DNA of 64,000 nucleotides from Octopus bimaculoides (GCF_001194135.2 NC_068982.1:126597634-126661633), one strand, 5' to 3'; counted from the first letter of the stretch, positions 51,409 through 64,000 are shown. Notes: generated by a model not told the origin, from the sequence alone. Translations and numbers: made by a program.

Positions 51409-52164
51409 CATATATATATTAGGCAACGAGCACAAAAAAATGGGAAATACAGTAGGGACAAGCTTTAATAAATGTTGTATTAGTGTAAAAAGAATAGAAG
51501 TGTCTTGATGTTTTGGATGTTAGTCCTTCATCAGAAAAAAAAATCTGAAGAAGTAACGTGGAAAATATATAGAATAAGAAAGTGTGGTTGAAAAAAGGTG
51601 GAGAAGAATAGGGGGTCAGGTGGAAATGCAGTTTTAAGGGGAATTAGGAAGTGAAGGGAAGGAGGTGTGGTGTGTGTATGCATAGAAGGGTATCCATGTA
51701 TGGAGATGGGGATGGGGAGTGGAATTATGGTATATTGAAGTGTGTGGAAGAGTGTGAGTATGGGAGTGGAGTAGCATGGGATAATGGGGATGTAGGAGGG
51801 TGGTGTGTAAGTGTAATTGTATTGCGAGAGGAAGATATGGAGGGAAAGAGGATGTGGTAGGCTTGATGATGAGGTGAAAGGAAAAATAAGAGGAATGTCG
51901 TGTTAAAGAAAAAACTGATGAAAAAGCTATATAAATAATAAAAAACAGTTCAAAAATATAAAAAATAGTAGTGATAGCACAATAGCATGCTGTCTATCTG
52001 TCTATCTGTCTATCTGTCTATCTGTCTATCTGTCTATCTGTCTATCTGTCTCTTTCTCTCTCTTTCTACACACACACACATACATATATTGTCATCATAA
52101 TCATCAACTTTTTACATTAATTTTCTTTCATGTGTGCATGGGCTGGCCAGATCTTATCTGCTAC

Positions 52165-52480
52165 AATATCTCACCACTTGTTGCAGTTATCTTAACTTTG
52201 AAGGTTCAACCTCTTGAGCTCAACCTTTAATACTTCTTCCCATATCTTCCTTGGTTTTTCACTTCTGCAGGTTCCTTCCAGTGAAATTACTTGACACTCT
52301 TTTATTCAACTGTCATCATCCATATGCATCACTTGTTCATACCAGCACAGCATTCTATCTCATACACAATACTTAATTCCTCTTATATTCAGTTTTCCTC
52401 TCAGCTCATTTCTGCTTTGTCATTTATGCACACCTTCATTGCACATCCAGCAGTGCATGCTCACCTTATTTCTCTCTATC
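52165..52480 (-). mobile_element. Degenerate RTE LINE 3' ORF fragment
   Basis: LCWYEQVMHMDDDS*IKECQVISLEGTCRSEKPRKIWEEVLK matches the RTE C-terminus seen at 23.9 and 41.3 kb. Confidence 0.65.
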
Positions 52481-52932
52481 AAGTCTTAACCTCTAACAGT
52501 CATGCTAAATATTAATAAAGTCCTACACATGTAATAGAGTTAGGTGAAAAATAACCTTCATTAACTGAGATTACTTTCACAATTGTTGGTCGGTCTCTCT
52601 CATACCTTTTCCTTTTTAGTTTCTGTCAGACATAGGACACTGACCATGCTGGGGCACTGCCTTGAAGGGTTTAGCCAAACAATTCGACCTCACTCTAATT
52701 TTTTAAAGTTAGGTGTGTAATCTGGCAAACTCTTTTGCTGAACCTCTGAGTTACAGGGAAATAAATGAACATAAACAAACCATTACCAATTGTAAAGAGG
52801 TGGGATGGGACAAACACAAAGACACACATGTACACAGACACACAGACACACAGACACACAGACACAAACACACACACACACACACATACACACAAACACA
52901 CACAAACACACAATATTTATGTGCTTACTCTG

Positions 52933-52977
<45 letters not shown>

Positions 52978-53265
52978 CAGGCTTCTTTCAGTCTCCGTCT
53001 ACCAGATCCACTCACAAAGCTTAGGTTGGCCCAAAGCTATAGCAGATGACATTCGCCCAAGGTGCCATGCAGTGGGACTGAACCCGGAACCATGTGGTTG
53101 GTAAGCAAGCTACCTACTACACAGCTACTCCTGCCTGATCATCTCAAAGTAGTAAATATAGATTGCTGAAGAGATTTGATAAGATCAAAACGTCTGTTGC
53201 TTTGCTTTCATCAGTTGGCTTTAAAGACAAAGCTTACTCGTGGCTGCATTGTTTTCATTTTCTAG

Positions 53266-53353
53266 AAATTTGGCAGAGTACATGCTATTAGGATTATCTC
53301 CCTTACTTGTTGATTTTAAGATGTTAAACAACCATGCAGGAGTGTTTTGCCTC
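53266..53353 (+). CDS. Putative plus-strand exon (R)NLAEYMLLGLSPLLVDFKMLNNHAGVFCL, phase 2-0
   Basis: Acceptor ttgttttcattttctag, consensus donor CTC|gtaagt, 88 nt, one open frame, non-repeat sequence. Confidence 0.45.
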
Positions 53354-54039
53354 GTAAGTGCAAAGGTTGTTTTAATTAACCAAAGCTTATTTTTAACTCA
53401 CTATATTACATATGCAAAGCTGTAATATGTTTGAATATATTATGTGTGTGTATATGCGTGTGTGTGCTTTTATATATGGATATATATATATATACACATA
53501 TATATGTACATATACATACATACACACACATACAATCACAAATACAATGTACATATATGCAGATACGCACACACACACACATACACATGTGTGTGTGTGT
53601 GTGTATGTGTGTGTATGTGTGTGTACCTATGTGTTTATGTATATGAATATATATACATGTAACATATATATACATGTACAGTTATATAGAAATAGACCTC
53701 TGTGTGTGAGTGTATATACACTCAGACACACATATAACTTAAGTAATGATATAATACACTTAGTATGCCAAACAAAAAACACAAACTAAGAATAAAAGCA
53801 AAATCTTCTTTGATATAACAAAACTTGAGCAATTCTTAAAGCAAGTAAAAATTAAAAATTAAATAAATAAATAAGAGAAACAATAGAAAGAAAAAGGATA
53901 ATAGGAATCTAAGTTCTAGAAGGAATCAAAAGCCAAAATTTAAAGAAAAAATAAAGTATCATTCATTCTCATTAATATAACCAGAAATATCTTTGGTAGA
54001 ATAAATATTGTGGTTATTCATACAACGAATGTTTAGTTT

Positions 54040-54130
54040 CTGACTAGTCTGCCTATGCAGCCGACATGTACGCATTATTGCGATAGGTACGCCCACACGT
54101 GAGTCAGCTCATGAACTCGGTGAGTCTAAT
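54040..54130. promoter_or_regulatory. CpG-retaining patch with overlapping E-box (CACGTG 54096-54101) and AP-1 (TGAGTCA 54100-54106)
   Basis: Several CpGs in ~80 bp of non-repeat DNA in an otherwise CpG-poor window; plus-strand donor TCG|gtgagt at 54119/54120. Confidence 0.4.
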
Positions 54131-54200
54131 AAGAATACAACCTTGCAGTGATAGCAGAAATCAATAATTTTACTGTCGATGACTGCCATGCTGGCAATAC

Positions 54201-54245
54201 CTGGACTTTGATGAAGCTCTTGACATTATATACATTCTCATCCAT
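54201..54245 (-). CDS. Possible first coding exon MDENVYNVKSFIKVQ
   Basis: ATG, 15 open codons, donor CAG|gtattg, next to the CpG patch; no polypyrimidine acceptor upstream. Confidence 0.25.
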
Positions 54246-55650
54246 GTGTTTTACTCTCAAATTCTTCCTTGCGCTCCAGCTCTATGCTATAATTCCATTT
54301 TTTTTTTTTTTACTTATTCTTCTTCTTGTTCTTTCTCTTCTTTTTCTTTTTCTTCTTCTCTTTTCTTCTCTGTATTTACTTATCAATAGATCAATACAAT
54401 TCATTGATCTGTTGATAAATGTATTAAAAATCAATATTTCATATCCACCATTGAATCAAGGAAATAAAATTTTAATTCTTGGTTTACAGTTTCTTTTGCT
54501 CTGTTATTTCTTTCAGATTTCACAATAAACAGATAATGTGAGATAAAGTAGATATTTATAACATTAAATCATGTAGATTCATACCGTTTCTGTGTAATGC
54601 AATTTAAAGTAGATTGCATGTAATGTTATGTTGCCACCGTGCAACATCTGTGCAGCTTCCATGAGATTTCAAGCAACATCCATGTAGTGTCATATAGTTG
54701 CCATTTAATGTAGATAAAACAGTTTCAATGTCATGTCATGTAGCTTCCATTTGAAGACATGTAGTTTCCATGTAGTGTCTGGCATTCTATGTTGTATATA
54801 TACCATTCAATGTTTTATACCCTCTGTTAATAACGAGGTACTGCCATGTTATTTCCTGCAACTCCTATGTATCATGTGAGTTTCAAAGAAATACATATAA
54901 ATAAATTTTGTTTCTTTCATGTAGCTTTTTTTATAATTTAGGAAAATTAATAAATTTTATGATTTGAATGAATTTTATTGTGAAGTTCAGACATGTATTG
55001 TATATGTAAAAGCAGGCATAGCTATGTGGTCCAGAAGTTTGTTTCACAACCACATGGTTTCAGATCAGTTCCAATGGGTGGCAATTTAGGTGTCTTCCAC
55101 TATAGCTCCATGCCAACCAAAGTCTTGTGAAGAAATTGGGGTTGATGGAAACTGAAGCCAATTGATAGCAGAACTCATAATATTTCTGATGAGTTGGGAA
55201 TAAAAAATACTTTAAATTAGTTTTATTTTGTTATAGATTTAATGATGTTTATTCTTTATGAAACAGCTGTTGAAAGTAATTAGAAATAATGAATTATCTG
55301 TGAAATTCATGCTTCCTGCATTTCTTATATATATGTGTGTGTGTGTGTATACATATATTTCATGTTATGCAAAGTAGCATGGTCTCAGAATCTTCAACTG
55401 AAGTGAAATATAGCAAACTGCTCTATATCATTGTTAGAGTATCCACAAGTGGAGTCTAGACCATCTAGTCTGAACTGACATCGAGTCGTACTAGTTGTAA
55501 TAACGAAGTCAAACCAAAGTGTGATATTTCAAAATCATTATTACAACTTATATACATATGTATAGACACACACACACACATGCGCACGCACACATACACA
55601 CACACACACACACGCACACGAATATATATACATATGTACAATACATATAC

Positions 55651-55706
<56 letters not shown>

Positions 55707-55793
55707 TTAAATTTAAAAGAACGATCTTTTCATAGTGGTCAGACCATATAGGGTCTACATCTAGCATATTGGATGTCCACTTAGTGGTCATCG

Positions 55794-55832
<39 letters not shown>

Positions 55833-58068
55833 ATCATCATTATCATCATCATCATCATTGTCGTCGTTTAACGTCCGATTTCTATGCTAGCATGGGTTGG
55901 ATGGTTTGACTGAGGGCTGGCAAGCCAGAAGGCTGCACCAGGCTCCAATTTGATCTGGCAAAGTTTCTACAGTTAGATACCCTTCCTAACGCCAGACACA
56001 CCATGAATGTCGTGGGTGCTTTTTACATGCCATCAGCACGAGGGCCAGTCAGGCAGTACTGGCATCGACCATGCTTGAATGGTGCTTTTTACATGCCACT
56101 GACACAGGAACCAGTCAGGTGGCACTGGCAAGAACCATGCTCGAATGGTGCCACACTCTCAGAGCATCCACTCCGCTGTACATACATACATACATGCACA
56201 TACACACATATATGTATGTGATGTCTTCATGCTTGTCCTACACCACTTACCACCCAGTTTTAGCTTGTTTTTGTCCTCATAACTTGTTTGGAAAAAGACA
56301 CTGATAAAATAAATATCAGGTTTAAGAAGAATAAGTACTGAAGCTGATTTGTTCGACAAAATCTTTGAAGGTGGTGCCCCAGTTTGGACGTAATCTAATG
56401 ATTGAGACAAGTAAAAGAATAAAAGAATACATGAAAACCACTTCCCTGTAGTTTACATAGGAGTAAAATAGCTGACCACGTGCCATCAGTAATGACAGCT
56501 GATTGTAGTATTTTATATATTAATAAGGTACAAAATAAGGTACATAATAATCACACATACAAGCATTCACATGCTTCCCTTGTACATGCACACACATACA
56601 TACATATACTCACACAGAGTTGAAACGCTGATTTTTTTTTCACTCTTTTCTTCCTTATTCATCTATCACCCCTTCCTTTCTCTCATTGCTATTACTTTCT
56701 CTCACTCCCTCTCAGTCAGGGCTATTACTCTCACTACTTCTCCTTCACTGAATTACTATTTTCTCTCTTCCACATGGTTGGTGAGCAAACTTCTTAACTA
56801 CACATCCATGCCTGCACCTTATGTAATATTTGTATATTATTTGAAAAACTAATTTCATAGCAATAAATACAAAAGCTATGAAGTAAAATTTGAAGTCTGC
56901 CATGTCCATGAAGAATCTCTAGTTTTGTTTTTAGCTCTTTAAATAAGCTGGGGCAAGTGTAGATATTCTTGGGTCAAGAATTCTATTTCTTCCAAAAGTA
57001 GATGTTTCGGCATGGCTGTTTTGACGCTACTTATTTGACATCGCTGATTCGACATTGACTTATTTGACATCAGATGTGTCAATGCTTCTCTGGCTCTCTC
57101 TCTCACACCACCCTCCCTCTCTCTCTCCATGTTTATGTGTGTAAGCTTATTTCTTTTTTTATGTGTTTGTGGAGAGGGAAGGTGTTCAAGTAAATAGTGT
57201 TCAATGAAATTGTAGTCTCTCTCTCTTTCATTATTCTTAACTGTATGTAATTATTTCTACACAAGCACACACATGTGTGTGTGTTTGTGTGTGTGATTAT
57301 TCTTTTACTTGTTTTAGTCATTTGACTGGCCATGTTGGAGCACTGCCATAAAGAGTTTTTAGTCAATGAGATCAACCCCCAAAGACTTCTTTGTAAACCT
57401 AGTACCTATTTTATCAGAGACTTTTGCTGAACTGCTAAGTTATGAGGATGTAAATACACCAACATCGGTTGTGAAGCAATGGTGGGGTGATAAAACACAA
57501 AGTGATGGTGTGGGGAGCAAACACAGACACAAGGACACATACATAAGTATATACATATATATGTATACATATATATGTATATGTATACATACACACACAC
57601 ACACACACATATATATACACGACAGGATTCTTTCAGTTTCCATCCACCAAATTCACTCACAAGGTTTTAGTTGGCCTGAGGCTATAGTAGGCTATAGTAG
57701 AAAAGACTTGCTCAAGGTGCTACACAGAGGGACTGAACCCAGAACCATGTGGTTGGGAAGCAAGCTTCTTACCACACAGCCATACCTGCACGTGTTTGAC
57801 TATGTTTGTTTGTTTTCATTTTTAAACATAGGGTCACCAAAAATAGGCCGAACATTCAGTTAGCTGTGCCATGCCAAGCAGCTGCACCCAACTGTCTCAT
57901 TTCAGTCTCCAAAGCATCAACCAATTTGCTATGCTTTGAGCAGAATCCTGAGTTTTTAAATAGACTAACTTAGCTCAGAAAATTTCTTTATTATTCATCC
58001 TATGACTACATAAATTCAGTTTGAATTACAGACCTAGAAATGAGAATCTTGAAGCTATCTTCTCTTAC

Positions 58069-58178
58069 ATTTGTGTTAGAAACAATAAGCAGCTTGATAT
58101 ATCTATTATGGTAACAGAATTTCTTGAAACTGCTTCAGAGAAATACAATCCGTACACACCACATCTTTCTAATTCTGC
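58069..58178 (-). CDS. Putative exon AELERCGVYGLYFSEAVSRNSVTIIDISSCLLFLTQ, phase 0-2
   Basis: Acceptor ctgcttacattttgcag, donor AAT|gtaaga, 110 nt, one open frame. Confidence 0.4.
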
Positions 58179-58369
58179 CTGCAAAATGTAAGCAGACATT
58201 TCTCACCCAAAGCTGCATCACGCTGGATTTCTTCTGTCATGCTCACTTGTTCTTACAAAACTACCATTAACCTTCAATACTCCAAAACAAAATATTTATC
58301 GCACTAAGATCACATGTCCCTGCGAGGCTTCCATTCTTTTTATAGATATTACTGCAGTTGCTCTCGACA

Positions 58370-58855
58370 TCGTCGTCATCATCATCATCATCAACATCAT
58401 TACCACCACCACCATCATCATCATTACCACCACCACCACCACCACCACCACTATTGTCATCATCATCATGGTCGTTGATAGTGTCTCCGTCATCATCACC
58501 ATCAAAGTCATCATCAGCATTATCATCATTACCACCTCCACTACTGCCACCACCGTCAGCATCATCATCATCATCATCATCCTCAAAGTCATCATTATCA
58601 TCGTCATTGTCGTTGATGTAGTCTTCATCATCATCATCATTATAAGTGTCATCATAACAAGCAATGCCTCAACTACCACACCACAACCACCACTGCCACT
58701 ATGATCGTCGTCATCATCATCATCATCATCAATCGTCATCTATCGTCATCTTCATCATCATGATCAACATCATCTTCCTCCTCCTCCTCCTCCTCCTCCT
58801 CCTCCTCATCATCATCATCATCATCATCATCGTCGTCATCATTGTCATCTTCCTC
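58370..58855. repeat. Mixed (CAT/CAC/CTC)n triplet tract; similar tracts at 15240-15420, 22742-22915, 26650-26790, 27290-27790, 34190-34420, 45520-45620
   Basis: Directly visible triplet microsatellites. Confidence 0.95.
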
Positions 58856-59031
58856 ATAGCAATGAACAAAACATTTCTTAAAAGAGCAAAAATCAGCAAG
58901 CCACCACTTAACAGCACCGTTCGGTTTATTTTTCACCAGAGAGTAGAAACGATATTTTCAAAGCTTTAATTCCGATTTTAAGTTTTTTTCTATTTTTTTA
59001 AAAGATTCTTTTTGAATGTTGTATTCCTTAC

Positions 59032-59074
59032 AAGTTCCCTGAACATTTTGCTTCATACAGATATGGTTACAAGG
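59032..59074 (-). CDS. Possible 43-nt exon (PCNHICMKQNVQGT, or untranslated)
   Basis: Acceptor aattttttttttcaag, donor CTT|gtaagg; its phase does not join cleanly to the 58.1-kb exon. Confidence 0.3.
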
Positions 59075-59196
59075 CTTGAAAAAAAAAATTATTGCAATAC
59101 AAATACTTCATCTCAAAAGATATCAATTATAAATATTTTATACTTAAATTCAGAATAATTCTTGTTGTGTCTTGGGAAGGTCATTATGCCAACAAT

Positions 59197-59563
59197 AACA
59201 AGAGCACTCAGAGAGCGCAAACCTCTGTCAAGGCAACACCAACGTCCTCTCAACGATTAGCCAGAGATGATTTTTAAAATGAGAATATCTGAAATAAACT
59301 CAACTGCTCTCCCAAATGGGAATCCTAAAAATGAACTTGACCACTCTCAAAAATTAAGTAAAAAAACAGGAAAAATAATCCAGAACCTTTGTCCAGTACC
59401 GGATCAATCCCAAAATCTAATCAGTATGTGCTACTGACGAGGTCAAACATCCTTGAAAGTTTCATCTGAATCCATCCAGTGGTTCTTGAGATATCTTGTC
59501 CACGGACAAACAAACAAACATGACTGCAAACAATACCTCCGCCTTTGCTAAGGTGGAGGTAAT
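59197..59563 (+). mobile_element. HINE/Helentron-like non-autonomous element (family F)
   Basis: 5' acctctgtcaagg, internal (AAAC)n, 3' hairpin acctccgcctt-tgct-aaggtggaggt (59535-59560). Confidence 0.75.
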
Positions 59564-60757
59564 GACACATGCACTGATTCCATATCATTTCTTTATTGTT
59601 AGTCAATTAGTTTAATATGTAACCAACTAACTTTTCAATTCTTTTACTCTTTTACTTGTTTCAGTCATATGACTGCGGCCATGCTGGAGCACCGCTTTTA
59701 GTTGAGCAAATCGACCCCGGAACTTATTCTTTGTAAGCCTAGTACTTATTCTATCGGTGTCTTTTGCCGAACCGCTAAGTGACGGGGACATAAACACACC
59801 AGCATCGGTTGTCAAGCAGTGCTAGGGGGACAAACACAGACACACAAACATATGCACACACATACACATATATATATGCATATATACGACGGGCTTCTTT
59901 CAGTTTCCGTCTACCAAATCCACTCACAAGGCTTTGGTCGGCCTGAGGCTATAGTAGAAGACACTTGCCCAAGGTGCCACGCAGTGGGACTGAACCTGGA
60001 ACCATGTGGTTGGTAAGCAAGCTACTTACCACACAGCCACTCCTGCGCATGGTTAAACAATTAATTGGTTGTTTGTTAGTGAAAGTCCTTTCGTTGCTAT
60101 TTGCGACATCTTCAAGGACGTGCCCTCTCTCATCAAGGTTTGCTCTGAATCTGTTCAAGAATTAGTTTTATACCAATGTGTGTGTGTGTGTGTNNNNNNN
60201 NNNNNNNNNNNNNNNNNNNNNNNNNNNNNNNNNNNNNNNNNNNNNNNNNNNNNNNNNNNNNNNNNNNNNNNNNNNNNNNNNNNNNNNNNNNNNNNNNNNN
60301 NNNNNNNNNNNNATATAAGGGAAATAATTTGCTTATTTGGTATTAATAATAATTTCAAATTTTGGCACAAGGCCAACAAGTTCAGGAGAGGAGAGGGGTT
60401 AATTCGATTACATGAATCCCAGTATTTGACTGGTACTTATTTTTATCAAACCCCACAAAATATGAAAGGCAAAGTTGATCTCAGAGAGATTCGAATTGAG
60501 AACATAAAGACAGATGAAATGCCACTAAATGCCTGGCCTGCTAACAATTCTTATTTCTTTACTGCTCACAAGGGGCTAAACATAGAGGGGACAAACAAGA
60601 ACAGACAAAGGGATTAAGTCGACCTTGGCGGAATTTGAACTCAGAACGTAACGGCAGACGAAATACCGCTAAGCATTTCGCCTGGCGTGCTAACGTTTCT
60701 GCCAGTTGGCCTGCTAGCAATTCTAGTAGCTCACTACTTTTGATTTAGTATAAATAA

Positions 60758-62126
60758 TACCATATATACTCAAGTAATAGTCGATCTCATGTAAAAGTTG
60801 ACACCCTATTCTAGGCCAAAAAATTGGTGATTTTCCATACACCCCGCATACAAGTCAACCCTAGTATTTCACGAACAACAGGACAACATTTGTGGGTTGA
60901 GGCACTGTTTTATCCTGTACGTAGAAATAGCACTGTTGCAAAATTATGTGGCTACCTTACTGTAGCCTGCTCTATTGATGGAATGCTTGGTGCTTATAAT
61001 GGAATACTTGGTGCTTATAAGTAAAACACCATTTAATAGCGAGCACTACACATTTGTTGATGGGTGCTACATCACCATTACTAAAAGAAGGCACAGGATA
61101 TGCTGCAAGCCTGCATACATCTTCAAGCGCAATAAACACATGCATCATACACTCGTTATTTACATGGTGAGAAACATGTTTCACAGAGAGCACTATTGAT
61201 GTTGGCAGTCCATCGGTTACGACATCAAGGGTTCCAGTTGATCCGATCAACGGAACAGCCTGCTTGTGAAATTAACGTGCAAGTGGCTGAGCACTCCACA
61301 GACACGTGTACCATTAATGTAGTTCTCAGGGATATTCAGCGTGACACAGTGTGACAAGGTTGACCCTTTGAATTACAGGCACAACAGAAACAGGAAGTAA
61401 GAGTGAGAGAAAGTTGTGGTGGAAGAGTACAGCAGGGTTTGCCACCATCCCCTGCCGGAGCCTCGTGGAGCTTTAGGTGTTTTCACTCAATAAACACTCA
61501 CAACGTCCGGTCTGGGAATCGAAACCGCGATCCTATGACCGCGAATCCACTGCCCTAACCACTGGGCCATTGCACCTCCACTTGCACTATTGATGAACAG
61601 TGGCAAACCACACTGTTTGAATTCGTACAAAGGCATGACTTTGGTAAGCCTAAAAACATTCAATTAATTGCTAGATCAGTGGTTACCATGTGACCTTCAT
61701 ATTTTCATCATCTCCAAATACAATAAACACATACGTCATATGCTCGTCTGTTTACATGGTGAGAAACATGTTTCAAACAGTAGTATTAGCGAACAGCAAA
61801 CACCACTGCACCTGACATCCTGCAACTTTTTTTTTTTAAAGAGAAAGTGCAAATATTTATAAGAGCTACGCAGTCTTGTTTATGGGTTTTGTTATTTACT
61901 AGGACATGTGTTTTGATGCATAGAATTGGTAATATTACAGTAATTCATTGTGTTCTTGTTTTCATTCGTTTAGAGATCAATTGGGTTTCTGCTGCTGGTA
62001 CAGTACTTCAGATTCTAGCTTGAATTTCAGCCCCTCAAAAGTAGTATCCATGTAATAGTCGACCCCATAAATTTGACCCTAAAAAATGGTCTAAAAAATT
62101 CGACTTTTACATGAGTATATAAAGTA
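60758..62126. mobile_element. pogo/Tigger-like DNA element with a nested SINE
   Basis: Imperfect TIRs taccatatatactcaagtaatagtcga and tcgacttttacatgagtatataaagta; TA ends; family C SINE inside. Confidence 0.6.
61202..61580 (-). mobile_element. tRNA-headed SINE family C with 12-bp TSD
   Basis: TSD gcactattgatg at 61190-61201 and 61584-61595; near-identical to the 2.1 and 25.8 kb copies. Confidence 0.92.
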
Positions 62127-62198
62127 GCTTTCATCTAGCAATAACCACACCTCAGATAACTCTCACTGGCTATGGTACCACTTCTGCTTTTAATTTGG

Positions 62199-62257
<59 letters not shown>

Positions 62258-62769
62258 GTTTAACGTCCGCTTTCCATGCTAGCTTGGGTTGGACGGTTTG
62301 ACTGAGGACTGGCAAGCCAGAAGGCTGCACCAGGCTCCAATCTGATCCGGCAGAGTTTCTACAGCTGGATGCCCTTCCTAACGCCAACCACTCTGAGAGT
62401 GTAGCGGATGCTTTTACATGCCTCCGGCATGAGGGCCAGTCACACAGTACTGGCAACGGCCATGCTCAAAAAGGTGTTTTTTACGTGCCACCTGCACGGG
62501 AGCCAGTCCAGCGGCACTGACAACATAAATAATAATAATAATCATTCCTACTATAGGCACAGTGACTGAAGTTCTTAGGGGATTAGTTGATTACAAGGAC
62601 CTGGTACTTGGCTGGTACTTATTTTATCAACTCCGAAAGGATGAAAGGCTAAGATATCCTTGCCAGAATTTGAACTCAGAACATAAAAACCCTGAAGAAA
62701 TGCCACCAAGCACTGTCCAGTGTGTTAATGATTCTGCTAGCTCACCATCTTAATAACAATGATAAAAAT

Positions 62770-63285
62770 GATCCACAGATCTAGTTGCTTCTGCCAAATG
62801 TCCTCCTTCAAATGCTTCAAAACATCACAGAAGTACTCTTGACTGATGGTCTGGCCCTGGGAGATGAATTCTCGATGCACAATACTGCAGATTTCACAAA
62901 GAACAATGAGCATGCTCTTGATTGAGCTGTGGCTCTGTCGCGCTTTCTGAAGCACCATTGTCACTCGAAGCATTGTTTACGGCCCATTGCCTCATCACCA
63001 TGAGCTCGCTGAAGCATACTCAATGTCTCGGTAGCAGCATTCCCAAGTTTAATGCAAAATTTCATGTTGGCTTTTTGTTCCAACTTTGTTCCAAAATCAC
63101 AGACCACAGCATACATGTGATCACGAAAACACAAGTTTCACAACTAGCAAAGTAAACACAATCATGCCACTTGACACACTGCCTCATGAAGGTCACTGCT
63201 TGCTCTCACTGTGCACAGAATTGTGTGCTGCCATCTCTTGGCATGCTACAGAACCAGTCCAGGAACTTTTTGATACCACCTTGTA
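62770..63285 (-). pseudogene. Internally deleted mariner (Mos1/Hsmar-like) transposon
   Basis: TIR tacaaggtggtatcaaaaagttcc; LEQKANMKFCIKLGNAATETLSMLQRAHGDEAMGRKQCFE* (HTH) joined to KARQSHSSIKSMLIVLCEICSIVHREFISQGQTISQEYFCDVLKHL (catalytic domain). Confidence 0.9.
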
Positions 63286-64000
63286 TATAAATTCACACAT
63301 CATCATCATCATCATCATCATCATCGTTTAACGTTCGCTTTCCATGCTAGCATGAACGATTTGACTGAGGACTGGTGAACCAGATGGCTACACCAGACTC
63401 CGATCTGATCTGACAGAGTTCCTACAGCTGGATGCCCTTCCTAACGATAACCACTCCGAGAGTGTAGTGGGTGCTTTTACGTACCACCAGCACGAGGGCC
63501 AGTGACACGGTACTGGCAACGGCCATGCTCTAAAAGGTGTTTTCTACGTGTCACCTGCACGGGAGCCAGTCCAGCAGCACTGGCAATGACCTCGCTTGAA
63601 TGATTTTCTAATGTGCCACCAGTGCTGGAAGGCAACACTAGTAACGATTACGCTCAAATGGTGCTATTTACAGGCCACTAGCATGGAAACCAGACAACTG
63701 CTCTGGCACACATACATATATATTTACATGCACATATATGTATGGTTATGCTCTCAGATCTCGCACTCTCAACACAGTGAAACATTGGAAAATTCTAAAA
63801 TGATGTGCCTCACTCAAGGACACAACACACCACCCAGTTCAGGAAGTGTACCCACGACCTTATGATTGGTGAGCAAGAAACTTTAATGACCAAACCACAG
63901 TCCTTAGTGTAATATAAGAATCTAAAAACCAAAAATTCAAGATGTGTTGCTAGACCATAATATGCAGAATTCAAGAGATTCGTCTTTTAAAATAGCACAT

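Overview
Eukaryotic, AT-rich, microsatellite- and transposon-dense DNA with many N gaps (draft scaffold). The repeat families (tRNA-headed SINEs, RTE LINEs with (ATG)n tails, Penelope fragments next to (TA)n) point to an octopod cephalopod, probably Octopus; this is inferred from repeat content and was not checked against a database. There is no prokaryotic gene content, CRISPR array, rRNA or convincing tRNA gene. Nearly all ORFs in the supplied track are microsatellite, gap or transposon artefacts. By reading splice sites by eye I assembled a putative multi-exon minus-strand gene with exons from about 35.9 kb down to 12.6 kb. Its frame is continuous over the 8 exons from 29.0 kb down, and I do not recognise the product. 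Weaker exon-like segments lie at 38.8, 44.2, 46.8, 53.3 (plus strand), 54.2 and 58-59 kb. Transposons include an RTE LINE with a PHD finger inside the RT, an RTE-BovB-type end with a C2H2 finger, R4/Dong-like RLE LINEs sitting in (TAA)n, Penelope GIY-YIG fragments, hAT, mariner, pogo-like and piggyBac-like elements, and Helentron/HINE-like elements. The most interesting structures are a ~240-bp-arm foldback hairpin just past the putative stop codon, an 80-codon frame broken by one TAG at an exon junction, a second open frame across the same exons, and a variable ~65-bp tandem array in the RTE 3' UTR. All coordinates were counted by hand and repeat boundaries are approximate.
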